The notes below the pieces were generated by a model, which made no database searches, was not told the origin of the DNA, and worked only from the letters and a program-made list of their open reading frames with translations. Made by a program: the position numbers and the translations under genes. A stretch of 64,000 nt of DNA from Desulfosoma sp. (GTDB lineage Bacteria > Desulfobacterota > Syntrophobacteria > Syntrophobacterales > DSM-9756). The DNA is taken from the NCBI GenBank assembly GCA_037481835.1, contig JBBFKW010000008.1, positions 114,512 to 178,511 on the forward strand. Direction: 5' to 3'. The stretch's first letter is position 1. Every line of letters begins with the position of its first letter. This document shows positions 49,071-59,600 of this stretch, in pieces.

Positions 49071-49804
49071 AGGGCTGGATCGCCTTTTGGAATATCCTGC
49101 TCAAGGACATGCGCACCTATTATCTCAAGCCGCCCAACATCAGCTGGGGGATCCTCTTTCCTCTGGCGTGGACGGCCATGTTTTTCATCAAATCCGGCGA
49201 AGGGCTCCATCATATCCGCCAGATCCTTCCCGGCGTGGTGGCCGTCTCCATCCTGTTCGGCACGACATCCATGCTGGCCGTCACCGTGACGTTTGAAAAG
49301 AAAAACCGCTCCTTCGAGCGGCTGCTCCTCGCGCCCATCTCCCTGACGCATCTCATGCTCGCCAAGACCGGAGGCGCCATCGTCTTCGGCATCGCCAACG
49401 CTTTTGTCCCCGTGGGGCTCGCCGCTTTTTTCACCGATTTGAGCCATCTCCGATGGCTCCCCTTGACGGCCGCCGTCGTTCTCATCGCCGCCGCATCCAC
49501 TTTTCTCGGCCTTTTCATCGCCGTAGCGGTGAGCGAAGTTTTCGAAGCCCAAACCTTTTCCAATTTTTTCCGCTTTCCCATGATCTTCCTGTGCGGGCTG
49601 TTCTTCCCCATCGAGCGCCTCCCCGCACTCCTGCGCCCCCTGTCCTATGCCCTGCCCCTCACCTACGGAGCCGACGTCCTCCACGGAGCCGTCCACGGCC
49701 GAAGCCTTTTCCCCGTCGCCGTGGACCTGGCCGTCCTCGCCCTCTTCTCTGCGGCGCTCTTCGTTGCCAGCCTGTGGAACATCCAGAGGCGCTGGATCCA
49801 ATAG
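49067..49804 (+). CDS. ABC-2 type permease
   Basis: 6 TM; FERLLLAPI and FLCGLFFPI; GTGA overlap. Confidence 0.9.
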   Translation: MKGWIAFWNILLKDMRTYYLKPPNISWGILFPLAWTAMFFIKSGEGLHHIRQILPGVVAVSILFGTTSMLAVTVTFEKKNRSFERLLLAPISLTHLMLAKTGGAIVFGIANAFVPVGLAAFFTDLSHLRWLPLTAAVVLIAAASTFLGLFIAVAVSEVFEAQTFSNFFRFPMIFLCGLFFPIERLPALLRPLSYALPLTYGADVLHGAVHGRSLFPVAVDLAVLALFSAALFVASLWNIQRRWIQ

Positions 49805-49881
49805 GGAGGATGACATGAGAGCCCGGAATTGCCGGGCCGCGAAGCATGATTTGAAATCCTCACGAGGCTTAAGAGGACGCC

Positions 49882-50790
49882 ATGGAATGGAATCTTTTTT
49901 CGCTCAAGGTTTTTTCCGAAGTCGCCCGGCAGAAGAATTTTACCAAGGCGGCGAAAGTTTTGGGACTGACCCAGCCGGCCGTGAGCCTCCAGGTGCAGAA
50001 CCTGGAAAGACAAACGGGCTGCCCCCTCTTGGTGCGAACGCGGGCCGGCGGGGTGGCGCTCACCGAAGCGGGCCGAGTGGTCCTTCGACACATGGAAAAG
50101 ATGGAAGAACTGTTTCGGAATCTGCAGCGGGAACTGGAACCATGGACGGCGGCCAGAGACCGGGCCGTGGCTGTGGGCTGTTGCTGCATTGCCGGCGAAC
50201 ACATTGTGCCGTCTTACACGGTGGCGTTCCGCCGGGTTCGTCCTCACGTCAGCGTCCAGTGCCACGTGGGACGGTGCGCCGATATTTTCAGCCGCATCCT
50301 GAACGGATCCCTGGATGTGGCCATTGCCGGTGTTTCGCCTGGCGATCCTCAGCTCGTGTCCCTTCCCTTCGTGAGCATGCCTTTGACGTGCTTTGAAGCC
50401 CGGAAAGACCCGCCTCGGCGCCTGTCCATCAAAGATCTGGCGTCCGAACCCGTGGTGCTTCGCGAAGAAGGCTCGGGGACGCGCACGGCCCTGCAAAAAT
50501 TTCTGGAACACCACGGCCTGGCCCTCGACCGATGCGCCGTTGCGGCCACCTCGGAAAGCAATGAAGCCCTCAAGGAAATGGTCGCCAAGGGCATGGGCTG
50601 GTCCATCCTGCCCCACGTCGTCATTCGAAACGAGCTGGACCAGGGACACCTCAGCCTCATCGAGCTTGACGAAGGCCACCCGGTGCAAGATTTCTTCGTC
50701 GTCTACCGAAAAAACGCTCTCCTCAACGGAGCCCAAAAAGAATTCGTGGATCTGCTGCTCCATGAAAACCCCGACCCCACCCGAGCCTGA
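49882..50790 (+). CDS. LysR family regulator (CysL-like)
   Basis: NFTKAAKVLGLTQPAVSLQVQNLE and REEGSGTR. Confidence 0.93.
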   Translation: MEWNLFSLKVFSEVARQKNFTKAAKVLGLTQPAVSLQVQNLERQTGCPLLVRTRAGGVALTEAGRVVLRHMEKMEELFRNLQRELEPWTAARDRAVAVGCCCIAGEHIVPSYTVAFRRVRPHVSVQCHVGRCADIFSRILNGSLDVAIAGVSPGDPQLVSLPFVSMPLTCFEARKDPPRRLSIKDLASEPVVLREEGSGTRTALQKFLEHHGLALDRCAVAATSESNEALKEMVAKGMGWSILPHVVIRNELDQGHLSLIELDEGHPVQDFFVVYRKNALLNGAQKEFVDLLLHENPDPTRA

Positions 50791-50813
50791 AATGCGGGGT
50801 TTTTAAGCGTCGC

Positions 50814-50828
50814 ATAAGTTTTTCTTAT
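50814..50828. promoter_or_regulatory. LTTR box (T-N11-A palindrome)
   Basis: ATAAG-TTTTT-CTTAT between lysR and the molybdoenzyme operon. Confidence 0.6.
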
Positions 50829-51141
50829 AAGGTCAGAAAAACTTTCAATTAGACAGCCCGTCACCTCCCCCGTTATCAGTCAAAACAAGGCTGCGCGGCC
50901 GCGTGGTCATGCGCTCCTCAAGCAGCCGTTGGCGTCCCGCTGTCTTGACCCTGTCTCGTCCTCTGCACAGTGACCGCGCCTCGCCCAAATCCTTTCCCCC
51001 TCCAAATCCCCGCGCAGGTCCTTGCGGCTTCGGCGCCCATCCTTCCGCAGGATGTCGTGAAATGCAGGGGCGATTTCCCAAAACGTTCCGCATGGGGCCC
51101 CGGGAGGGGGAGATGCGGGCCAAGTGAAAGGAGGGACGGTC

Positions 51142-53346
51142 ATGGCACGGTTGAGCCGGCGTGAATTCCTGCAGTGGACCACGGGAGGGGTGGCCGCCGC
51201 CGCTCTTTCCGACTGGATCTTTTTCAAAAGGATCTTGGAAGCTCAGTCCGAAGAAGGCCCCAAACTCTTCTATCACGCGTGCCACATTTGCGACTGCAAC
51301 TGCGGGATGATCTACCAGCTGAAGAACGGCCGCATTGTGGAAATGCGCGGCAATCCGGCGGACAAGCTGGGATCTGCCGGGAAACTGTGTGTCAAGGGCT
51401 ATTCCACGCCTCGCCTGTATCACGATCCATGCCGGTTATCCCACCCGCTGCAGCGCACCAACCCTCGAAAGGGCCGGGACGAAGACCCCGCCTGGAAGAT
51501 CATCAGCTGGGACGAGGCCTTCACTGTGGTGGGCGAACAATTTCGCCGCGTCTACGACCGGCATGGGCCCGAGGCCATTTTGCTTTTCGCCCGTGCCAGG
51601 CCCTGGGACTCCCATCTCCAATACGCCATCGGCACACCCAACCAGCTCTGCCACGTGGACACGTGCTACATCAACCACGAGGTTGCGGGGAAGGCCGTAT
51701 CGGGGGATCGGATTTGGGGTTGGGATTTTTCCCACGCCAAGTACATCATGGGATTCGGCTACGACCAGGTGGGCAAGAGCAAGAACATTCACCAGAGGGA
51801 GTTTATGGAGGCCCGCCGAAACGGGGCCAAGATCGTCATCTTTGATCCGCGGCTTTCGGAAACGGCCCAGAAAGCCGACCTGTGGATCCCCATCCGGCCG
51901 GGAACGGACCTGGCGGCGATCTTGGCCATGATTCACGTGATCATCAACGAGGGGTTGTACGACAAGGATTTTGTGGAAAAATACACCGTCGGCTTGGACA
52001 AGCTGAAACCCCATGTGGCCAAGTACACGCCCCAATGGGCGCAAAAGATTTGCGACGTCCCCGCCCAGACCCTCGTCCAGATCGCCCGGGAATTCGGCTC
52101 CACAAAACCGGCCACCCTGGCCTACCACAAGCGCGATGCCGGCGGCCCCGTCTTTATGAACTCCTTCCAAACCGCCCATGCCATGCTGGTCCTTCAAGCC
52201 CTCGTCGGATCCCTGGACCGGCCGGGAGGGCTCTATTTTTCCAGAACGCCCAAAATCCCTTCCGTTAAAGACGTCTATCAGTTGACCTATCCCGATCTGG
52301 AGGGGAAAGCGCGCTTTGACGACCAGGAAAACCTCACCCCTTTGGCCTTCAAAGCCAAAAAGGCGGGATTCAGCACCGCCGCCGACGCCATTCTGAACGA
52401 TTCCAAGCCTCGAGTGGCCCTCTTCCACAGCTATAACACCACCTCTTTTTCCAATCCGCAGCGGTTTGAACAAGCCCTGCAAAAGTTGGATTTCATCGTC
52501 AACGTGGACATGTACCTCACCGAACTGGGCATGTATGCCGACGTCATCCTGCCGGAAAACTTATGGATCGAAAGCAGCGGCTTTACGGTGCGCAGCTACC
52601 AGGCCGAAAGACCCCAGATCCTCCTGGACGAAGGGGCGCCCAAGCTTCGCGACACCAAGAGCTACGGGGAAATCGTCAACGGCATCTTGGCGGCCATGAA
52701 GCTCTACGATTTTGTGGTCGACCCCAAAAAATTGACGGGAGCCCAGCTGGCGGCCATGGGTTTGGATAAAGATAAGCTGCGTCAAGCCGGCGGGGTCTTC
52801 GACAGCGGGGAACCGTTCAAACCCACCGAGCACTTCAAAACCCCCAGCGGCAAGATCGAACTGTACAGCACTGTGCTGGAAAAAGCCGGACACGCCCCCA
52901 TGCCCGAATGGGTGGACCCGGCCGCCAAGCCCACCCCGGAATTCCCGTATTATATCGTCACCCACCATTTGCCCTGGATGCGCATGCTGAAAAATGCCAA
53001 CGATCCCATCCTCAAGGACCTTCAATGTGAAAACAAGGCCCACATCCACCCCTCCGTCGCCAAAAAGCTCGGTGTGAAAGACAAGGATCTCGTGTGGCTG
53101 GAATCCCCCGTGGGCCGAATCAAACTCAAGGTGGCGGTCACCGAGGGCATTCGCCCCGACACCATCATGACCGAACACGGCTTCGGCATCTGGGCCAAAG
53201 GCCGATGCCAGGGGTTCGGCTGGGGACAAAACGAAGGGGAAATCCTTCCCGACAGAACCCTTGCGGAGATGAAACAATGGAAACGGCATGCGGCCGGTCG
53301 AGGGGTGGGGATTTGCGACACGACGGTGCGCCTCACCAAGGCCTGA
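51142..53346 (+). CDS. Tat-exported bis-MGD oxidoreductase catalytic subunit, PsrA/PhsA-like
   Basis: SRREFLQ, FS0 CHICDCNC..KLCVKG, putative Cys ligand HVDTC, PIRPGTD and FKTPSGKIE. Confidence 0.9.
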   Translation: MARLSRREFLQWTTGGVAAAALSDWIFFKRILEAQSEEGPKLFYHACHICDCNCGMIYQLKNGRIVEMRGNPADKLGSAGKLCVKGYSTPRLYHDPCRLSHPLQRTNPRKGRDEDPAWKIISWDEAFTVVGEQFRRVYDRHGPEAILLFARARPWDSHLQYAIGTPNQLCHVDTCYINHEVAGKAVSGDRIWGWDFSHAKYIMGFGYDQVGKSKNIHQREFMEARRNGAKIVIFDPRLSETAQKADLWIPIRPGTDLAAILAMIHVIINEGLYDKDFVEKYTVGLDKLKPHVAKYTPQWAQKICDVPAQTLVQIAREFGSTKPATLAYHKRDAGGPVFMNSFQTAHAMLVLQALVGSLDRPGGLYFSRTPKIPSVKDVYQLTYPDLEGKARFDDQENLTPLAFKAKKAGFSTAADAILNDSKPRVALFHSYNTTSFSNPQRFEQALQKLDFIVNVDMYLTELGMYADVILPENLWIESSGFTVRSYQAERPQILLDEGAPKLRDTKSYGEIVNGILAAMKLYDFVVDPKKLTGAQLAAMGLDKDKLRQAGGVFDSGEPFKPTEHFKTPSGKIELYSTVLEKAGHAPMPEWVDPAAKPTPEFPYYIVTHHLPWMRMLKNANDPILKDLQCENKAHIHPSVAKKLGVKDKDLVWLESPVGRIKLKVAVTEGIRPDTIMTEHGFGIWAKGRCQGFGWGQNEGEILPDRTLAEMKQWKRHAAGRGVGICDTTVRLTKA

Positions 53347-53351
53347 GGGGT

Positions 53352-53963
53352 TTGGACACGGAAAAAGCGGCCGAGTTGGCCCCCATTCTGGCATGGGCGA
53401 AGACGGCGGCGCGCTATCCCAAGACGGCGGACCACATGGAGGCCCTCCTGGAGCATTCGGAGCCCCTGGTCCACTGGCTCCCCCAAACCCTGCCCCTTTT
53501 CCATGACCTGTTGGCGGGCTGGGTCGAAGCCCCGGAAACAACCCTGGAAGCCCACCAGGTGGAATACACGCGGCTCTTCGTGGCGCGCTGGGGGGGCGTG
53601 CCCGCTCCCCTCTACGCCTCTTGGTATCTGGACCAGGAGACCTTCCGCGGGGACGCGGCGGAAGCAAGCGTGGACTTCTATGAGCGGTGGGGGTTGGTGT
53701 GGCGGGAGTCGGATTTGAAGGAGCCGCCGGATCACTTGGCCGTGGAGCTGGAATTTCTCGAGATTCTCTGCCGGGCCGTCCCGGCGGCGCCCGGCGATCC
53801 GGCCCGGGAGCGCCTTTCACCGTCCGCGATTTATCGGGACTTTCGTCTTTCCCATTTCGATCGTTGGGTTCCGCGGTGCGCCGCGACGATGGGGCGGCAT
53901 GCCGCTCAGCCCGTCTACAAGATCTTGGCGCTCAGTCTCACCCAACTGTGCGAGGAGGATTAG
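53352..53963 (+). CDS. TorD/DmsD family chaperone
   Basis: EYTRLFV, PLYASWY and EPPDHLAVELEF. Confidence 0.9.
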   Translation: MDTEKAAELAPILAWAKTAARYPKTADHMEALLEHSEPLVHWLPQTLPLFHDLLAGWVEAPETTLEAHQVEYTRLFVARWGGVPAPLYASWYLDQETFRGDAAEASVDFYERWGLVWRESDLKEPPDHLAVELEFLEILCRAVPAAPGDPARERLSPSAIYRDFRLSHFDRWVPRCAATMGRHAAQPVYKILALSLTQLCEED

Positions 53964-53967
53964 GCTT

Positions 53968-54582
53968 ATGAAGGAAACCACCCGAGACCGCTACGTCATG
54001 GTCTACAACGCGGATCTGTGCATCGGCTGCGCCGCCTGCAGCATCGAATGCCGCCGCTTTTACGGCTTGGATGAAAAGGGAAGTTTCCGGGTGCGGATCG
54101 AAACCAAGGAAACGGGGTCCTTTCCCGACGTGAGCCTGGAGCATGTGCGGGTGTCCTGCGCCCACTGCGCCAACGCCGAATGCATCAAGGAATGCCCGAC
54201 GGGGGCCACGTTCCGCGCCGAAGACGGCTTCGTGCTCATCACCCAAGAACGCTGCATCGGCTGCGGTGCCTGCGTGGATGCCTGTCCCTACGGCGCCCGA
54301 TACATGCGCCAAGTGGGGCAAATGCTCAAAGCCGACAAATGCGCATGGTGCTATGCCAGGGTCTATGAAGGCCAAAAACCCGTGTGTGTGGAAAAATGTA
54401 TCACCGGGGCGCTCCTCTTCGGCCTGTCTTCGGATCCTGCCATCAAGGCGGCTTTGGAAGAGCCCGGCGTGGATGTCTATCATCCCGAATACAACACCAA
54501 ACCCCAGTTGTACCGAAAAAGCCCGCGGCCCCGGCACAACGACGTGAAAGTGCTGGCCCAAATGCCGCACCTTCAAGCATGA
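53968..54582 (+). CDS. 4x[4Fe-4S] subunit, PsrB/DmsB-like
   Basis: CIGCAAC, CAHCANAEC..CPTGA, CIGCGACVDACPY and KCAWC. Confidence 0.92.
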   Translation: MKETTRDRYVMVYNADLCIGCAACSIECRRFYGLDEKGSFRVRIETKETGSFPDVSLEHVRVSCAHCANAECIKECPTGATFRAEDGFVLITQERCIGCGACVDACPYGARYMRQVGQMLKADKCAWCYARVYEGQKPVCVEKCITGALLFGLSSDPAIKAALEEPGVDVYHPEYNTKPQLYRKSPRPRHNDVKVLAQMPHLQA

Positions 54583-54607
54583 AGCACCGTGCATGGGCTG
54601 GCGAAGG

Positions 54608-55957
54608 TCACGGCCGGACCTGTCCCAAGGCGGCGGCCAACACTTCCACGGGGTGATAGACGGGAAGGTCCAGCACATGCCGGAACTGGAGGCGGCAACT
54701 GAGGCAGTCCGTAACGATGGCTTCAGGGGCCGCCTTTCGCATTTTTTCCATCAAAGATGCCCCCAACTGCAACGACGCCTCGTGAAAGGCCTTCTTGTAA
54801 CCCAGACTTCCCCCCATGCCGCAGCAATCCGTGCTGCTCCCGACACGCTGTAGGTCCAGACCGGGAATCCCTTGGAGCATGTCCACGTATGGGGTGCCCA
54901 TCCCCTGTTCGCGTTGATGGCACGGGGCGTAGTAGACCCATCGCCCGGAAAGGGGCCGGAGGGCGGCGCGAAACCGGCCTTCGCAGTGAAGGCGCGCCAG
55001 GTATTCGCCCACGTCGAAGACATGCTCGGAAAGGCGGATGCGTTCCCCGGGATCCAGGGTGGGGAAGGCGTCGTCGGCCAAGGAACTGGCCCCGTAGTTT
55101 TGGGACGACCGCCCCCCTTGGCTCGCCGCATCCACGCATCCTGTGGTGAGGCAGGCGTTTTCCTTGAGAATCACCTTGAGGAAATAGCCGCACGTGGGGC
55201 AGGAACAGACGATGTCAAAGCCCTCGTCCGCAAGACTTGTGAGCACGGCCATGTTGGCCCGAATGCGCCGAAGGCTTCGGGGCATGTCCCCTTCCACCAC
55301 CGTGGGCATGCCGCAGCACTCTTGCGGGGGCACATAAAGGTCCACGCCGGCGTGCCCGAAGACAGCCGAAACGGCCCGAGCGACTTCCGGAAAGAGATAA
55401 GCCGCCGTGCACCCTGTAAAATAAGCGACGCGACGGGCTCCTTCCCTCAGCGCAGGCTTTCGGTTCAAGCCGTGGCGGGCCGCCCAGGTAAAGAAATCCT
55501 CGGCGGCAAGGGGCGGCAGTAAACGTTCCGGATGGACGTGAAAGACTTTCTCAAGGAAGCGGCGCGCCATGCGGGTGGAAAAAAGAGCATTGACGAGCTT
55601 GGGAGCCCGGCGGCCGAGGCGCGCAAAGGTTTGGATGTCGGACAGAGCGCGGGCGCCCGGTTCCAACCCTTCGTCCCGCACCCGGTCCGCCTTGGCCCGG
55701 ATCATGTTCGCCCGCACATCGGGACAGGGACACAGCCCGCACAAGGTGCATCGATCCGTCAGGTCGCGGAGAGCGTCCGGATCCGGTGTTTTCCTCGTTT
55801 CCAGAGCCTCGTCGTAGCGGCGGTACATTTCGGGAAAGACGAGGCAGCTCTCATCCATGAGGAAGCGGCAGATGTCGCAGTCCGTGCAGCCGTTGAACAG
55901 GCGCTGCAAGGCGTTTTCGGAGAACGCTCCCTCTTTCGGCGCACCATCAGGGCACAT
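54608..55957 (-). CDS. GlpC/HdrD-like Fe-S protein with two CCG domains
   Basis: CTDCDIC, CTLCGLC, YFTGC, ECCGMP, PCHQ and DCCGMGG. Confidence 0.88.
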   Translation of the reverse strand: MCPDGAPKEGAFSENALQRLFNGCTDCDICRFLMDESCLVFPEMYRRYDEALETRKTPDPDALRDLTDRCTLCGLCPCPDVRANMIRAKADRVRDEGLEPGARALSDIQTFARLGRRAPKLVNALFSTRMARRFLEKVFHVHPERLLPPLAAEDFFTWAARHGLNRKPALREGARRVAYFTGCTAAYLFPEVARAVSAVFGHAGVDLYVPPQECCGMPTVVEGDMPRSLRRIRANMAVLTSLADEGFDIVCSCPTCGYFLKVILKENACLTTGCVDAASQGGRSSQNYGASSLADDAFPTLDPGERIRLSEHVFDVGEYLARLHCEGRFRAALRPLSGRWVYYAPCHQREQGMGTPYVDMLQGIPGLDLQRVGSSTDCCGMGGSLGYKKAFHEASLQLGASLMEKMRKAAPEAIVTDCLSCRLQFRHVLDLPVYHPVEVLAAALGQVRP

Positions 55958-56003
55958 TGGGATCCCTCGTGCTTTTTTCCATCGACAAACTCCCGGCGCT
56001 GTC

Positions 56004-56156
56004 CTAATCCAGGTGGGATTTCAGGGCCTTGCGCTCGTCGGCTTCGAGCCTTTTGAGAAACACCTTGATCAAGCGCAGGGCTTCCTCCTTGTCGCCGTCC
56101 AGAACGATCCCCTTCATGGCCACGTATTCTTCGGGCGTGACGGTCAATACGGGCAT
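56004..56156 (-). CDS. 50-aa small protein (not in the ORF track)
   Basis: RBS GAGGGAG; MPVLTVTPEEYVAMKGIVLDGDKEEALRLIKVFLKRLEADERKALKSHLD; paralogous to the upstream small gene. Confidence 0.75.
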   Translation of the reverse strand: MPVLTVTPEEYVAMKGIVLDGDKEEALRLIKVFLKRLEADERKALKSHLD

Positions 56157-56172
56157 GGTCCGTCTCCCTCTT

Positions 56173-56382
56173 TCAGCGTTTGGTGAAGGCGTCTTTTTGG
56201 GCGGGGCCGTAGCCGGCCTCGAAAACGGGCACTCAATGGGTTTTCAGGGCCTCGCGCACCTTTTTGGCCAAAACCGACCGCACCAGGTCCAAGGCTCCCG
56301 CAGGATCGCCGTCCAGGTCCACCCGCAGGATCTCCTGGGCCTCCTCGGCGGTAAGGTTCAACACCACGTTTTTCAACCTCAC
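56173..56382 (-). CDS. Small protein, candidate selenoprotein (69 aa with Sec at codon 50; 49 aa if UGA is a stop)
   Basis: GGAGG plus GTG; MRLKNVVLNLTAEEAQEILRVDLDGDPAGALDLVRSVLAKKVREALKTH-UGA-VPVFEAGYGPAQKDAFTKR; hairpin GGCCG-GCUA-CGGCC after the UGA. Confidence 0.65.
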
Positions 56383-56491
56383 GGTTCAGCCTCCATGACC
56401 ATTGTGTTCCCCGGCACCGCGCGGGCCGCCCCGCCGACAGCCGGGGGAGTCGCCTCCGCCGAAGGGCCCGCCGGTATCCCGCCGGTATCCC

Positions 56492-56642
56492 GTAGGTTGG
56501 GGTGAGCGAAGCGAACCCCAACATCCAAGTGCTTCACCCCAAATTCCAGCTGTAGGTTGGGGTGAGCAAAGCGAACCCCAACATCCAGATGTTTCGGCCC
56601 AAATTCCAGGCGTAGGTTGGGGTGAGCGAAGCGAACCCCAAC
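56492..56642 (+). repeat. Three direct family A REPs at 60-bp period
   Basis: Start at 56492, 56552 and 56612; the two 29-nt spacers resemble each other (ATCCA...CCCAAATTCCAG). Confidence 0.92.
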
Positions 56643-56651
56643 AACCAACTG

Positions 56652-59600
56652 CTATGGATGCCCCCGCGGCGGTTGGGGCGGCTGCGGCCCGGCCCAGAAT
56701 TTTTTCACGAGGCGGCCGGCATCGTCCAGCAGGCTGTAGGTCACCGGCGTGATCACCAGGGTCATGACCGTCCCCACCAGGAGCCCGAATCCGGCGGCGG
56801 TGGCCAGGGGGGACATGCGTTCCAAGCCCACGGCGGTTTCCAGGATCATGGGCAGCATGCCCACGAACGTGGACACGGTGGTCATGAGCACCGGCCGAAG
56901 CCTCAGCCGCACGGCCTCTTCCATGGCCAGCTCCCGAGCCATGCCCTGCGCCAACCCCTGGCGGATAAAGTCGATGAGGAAAATGGAATTGTTGATCACG
57001 ACCCCGGCCAGGAGCACCATGCCCATCATGGCCGGCATGCACATGGGCTTGGCGAAAAGCAACAACCCCCAGAGGGATCCGATGACCGCCAGGGGGATGG
57101 CCACCAGGATGGGAAACGGCAGGAGGAAGGATTGAAACGTTCCGATGAGGAGCACCACGAGGAGGGCGAGGCCGAGCATGAGGGCCCGCATCATCCTTTG
57201 CATGCTCTCCTGCATGTCCGCCGCCGTCCCAGCGCTCTTGATCCGGATGCCTCCCGGCAGGGGCGTCTTCGCCAAAACGTCCGCGATCTTCGCCAGGACG
57301 TGGCTCATGGGCCGCCCTTGGTTGTAAGCCGTGATATCGATGGTGTTTTCCAGGTCTTCCCGGGTGATGAGGGTCTGGGTCGTCTCCGACGTCACGCGGG
57401 CCAGGGTGCGCAGCGGCACCGCGCCTTGAGCCGTGGGCACGGGAAGGCTTTCCAACTTTTTGGGACTGTCCACCCACGCATCGTCGTAGGCCACTCGAAT
57501 GGGCACATCGAGAAACCCTTGGAGCCGCAGTCCGGACACGGGCACACCGCCCACGGCCACGCGAAGCGATCGGGCCACATCCCCCGGCGTCGTTCCGTAG
57601 ATTCGGGCCGTGCGCGGATCCACCACGACCCGCACCTCCTCCTTATCCAGCCACCAGCCCGGGACCACGTCGGAAAGCCCGGCAATGCCCTCCATTTTCT
57701 CCATGATGGCCCCCGCCGTGTCCCACAAGGCCTTCGCGCTGTGACCTCCCATGATCACCAGATCCACGGGCGCCCGGGACGTGCTCATGACCGTCGCGCC
57801 GTATTCGTAGATCTGCAGGGACCGGATGCCCGGAATGTCCTGAATCTTGCGCCGCCAGGCGTCCTGGATCTCCCAGATGGTCCGATCCCTTTGGTCCCGC
57901 GTGGTCAGCGTCACCGTAATGGACACCTTCTGAGCCGTCTGGGCACCGGCCCCGAACGACACCTGCCCGGGCTCCGATCCCACCGTGGAAGAAATCATGC
58001 GCACGCTGGGTTCTTCCTTGAGGATCCGTTCCACGGCGGTGAGCACCCGTTCGACCCGGTCGACGGAGGCCGACGGCGGCAGTTCGAACAAGATGTTGAC
58101 GAAGCCCGCGTCCATGGGCGGCATGAGGTCCCGGCCGATCAGGGGCGGCACAACCTTCAGGGTCACGGCGAAAGCCGCCGCGGCCAAGCCGACGGCCGCC
58201 CAGCGGCGGCGTAACGCCCAGCGCACGGCGCCCACGTAGAAACCCCCCAGTTTTTCCACGCCGCGGTTGAAAGGCAGCGCCAGCCGGTTCAAGAAGCTCC
58301 TGGAGGACCCATCGGCACCCGTGGGGTTTCCAATGAGCCGCAAGGCCACGGGGGGGACCACGAAGATGGCGGTCAGGAGCGATCCCACCAGGGCGTAGCA
58401 CAGGGTCAGGGTGAAGCGCCGCATGACCTGCTGCACGTAGCCTCCGGCAAACATGATGGGCACAAGCATGACCACCGTGGTGAGGAGCCCCGCGTTGATG
58501 GACAGGAGGATTTCCCCCACGGCCCCTTCCACGCACCGCACGGGCTCTCCGGGACAGACGGCCTGATGCCGGTGAATGTTTTCCACCACGACCACCGTCG
58601 CGTCCACGACCATCCCCGTGGCGATGATCAGCCCCGAGAGGGTGACCACGTTGAGGGTGTGGCCCGTGAGGCCGAGGAGCGCCAGGGCAAAGAGAAACGA
58701 CAGGGGGATGCTCACGAGCGACACGGCGGATGTTCGCCAGTCCGCCAGGAAAAGAAAGATAATGATCACCGTGAGGACGATGGACATGTACAAGGACGAG
58801 CGCATCCCGGCGGTGTTGCGTTCGATCAAGGGCTCTTGGTCGTTGGTCACCTCGAAGGTCACCTGGGGCCATTTCTTGGCAAAAGCGGGCAACGCCTCCT
58901 TGACCGCGCGGATGACGCCCATGACGTTGCCGCCTTCGGCGCGCAGCACGTTCACACCCACGGCCGGGGCGCCGTTGCCGTGGTACAGGCTGCGGAGGTC
59001 TTCCATGCCCAGTTCCACGCGGGCCACGTCCTTGAGGCGCACGTAGGCGTCCCGAGTCTGCTTGACGACCACGTTTTCCACGTCCAGAACGTCCCGGAAC
59101 TCGCCCACCGTCTTGACGAGCCGTTCCGAATCGGGATCCTGCATGAATCCCGCTGGGACCGTGATGTTGTTTTCCTGCACGGCCGTCATGACGTCCCGCG
59201 GGGTGAGCCCGTAGGCTTCGAGGCGATCCCGGTCCAGCCATATGTTCACCTGGAGGTTGTGGCCGCCGAAGGTGTCCACGTCCGCCACGCCGGGAAGGCG
59301 CAGCAGCTCGTCCTTGATGTCGTTGTCCACCAGGAGCCGCACCTGGGCCAAGGACAGCCCCGATTCGGGCTTGGGCCGCACCGCCAGAGTCATGACGGGC
59401 CGGGTGGCGTCCGTGATCCGATAGATGCGCGGCTCCAGGATGTCGTCCGGCAAATCGGCCCGAATGCGGCTCAAAGCGTTCTGAATGTCCGTGACGGCTT
59501 CCCCGATGGGTTTTTGGTAGCCGAACTGCACGTTGATGGACGCCACTTCGTCCCGGGACGTGGAAGCGAGTTTGGTCAGACCGGACACACTGGACAGTTC

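Noticed and set aside
50830..51141. Moco/Wco riboswitch in the psrA leader
   Set aside because: Only generic hairpins; I could not match the conserved motif by eye
56492..56642. CRISPR array
   Set aside because: The repeat is the dispersed REP, the spacers resemble each other, and there are no cas genes in the window
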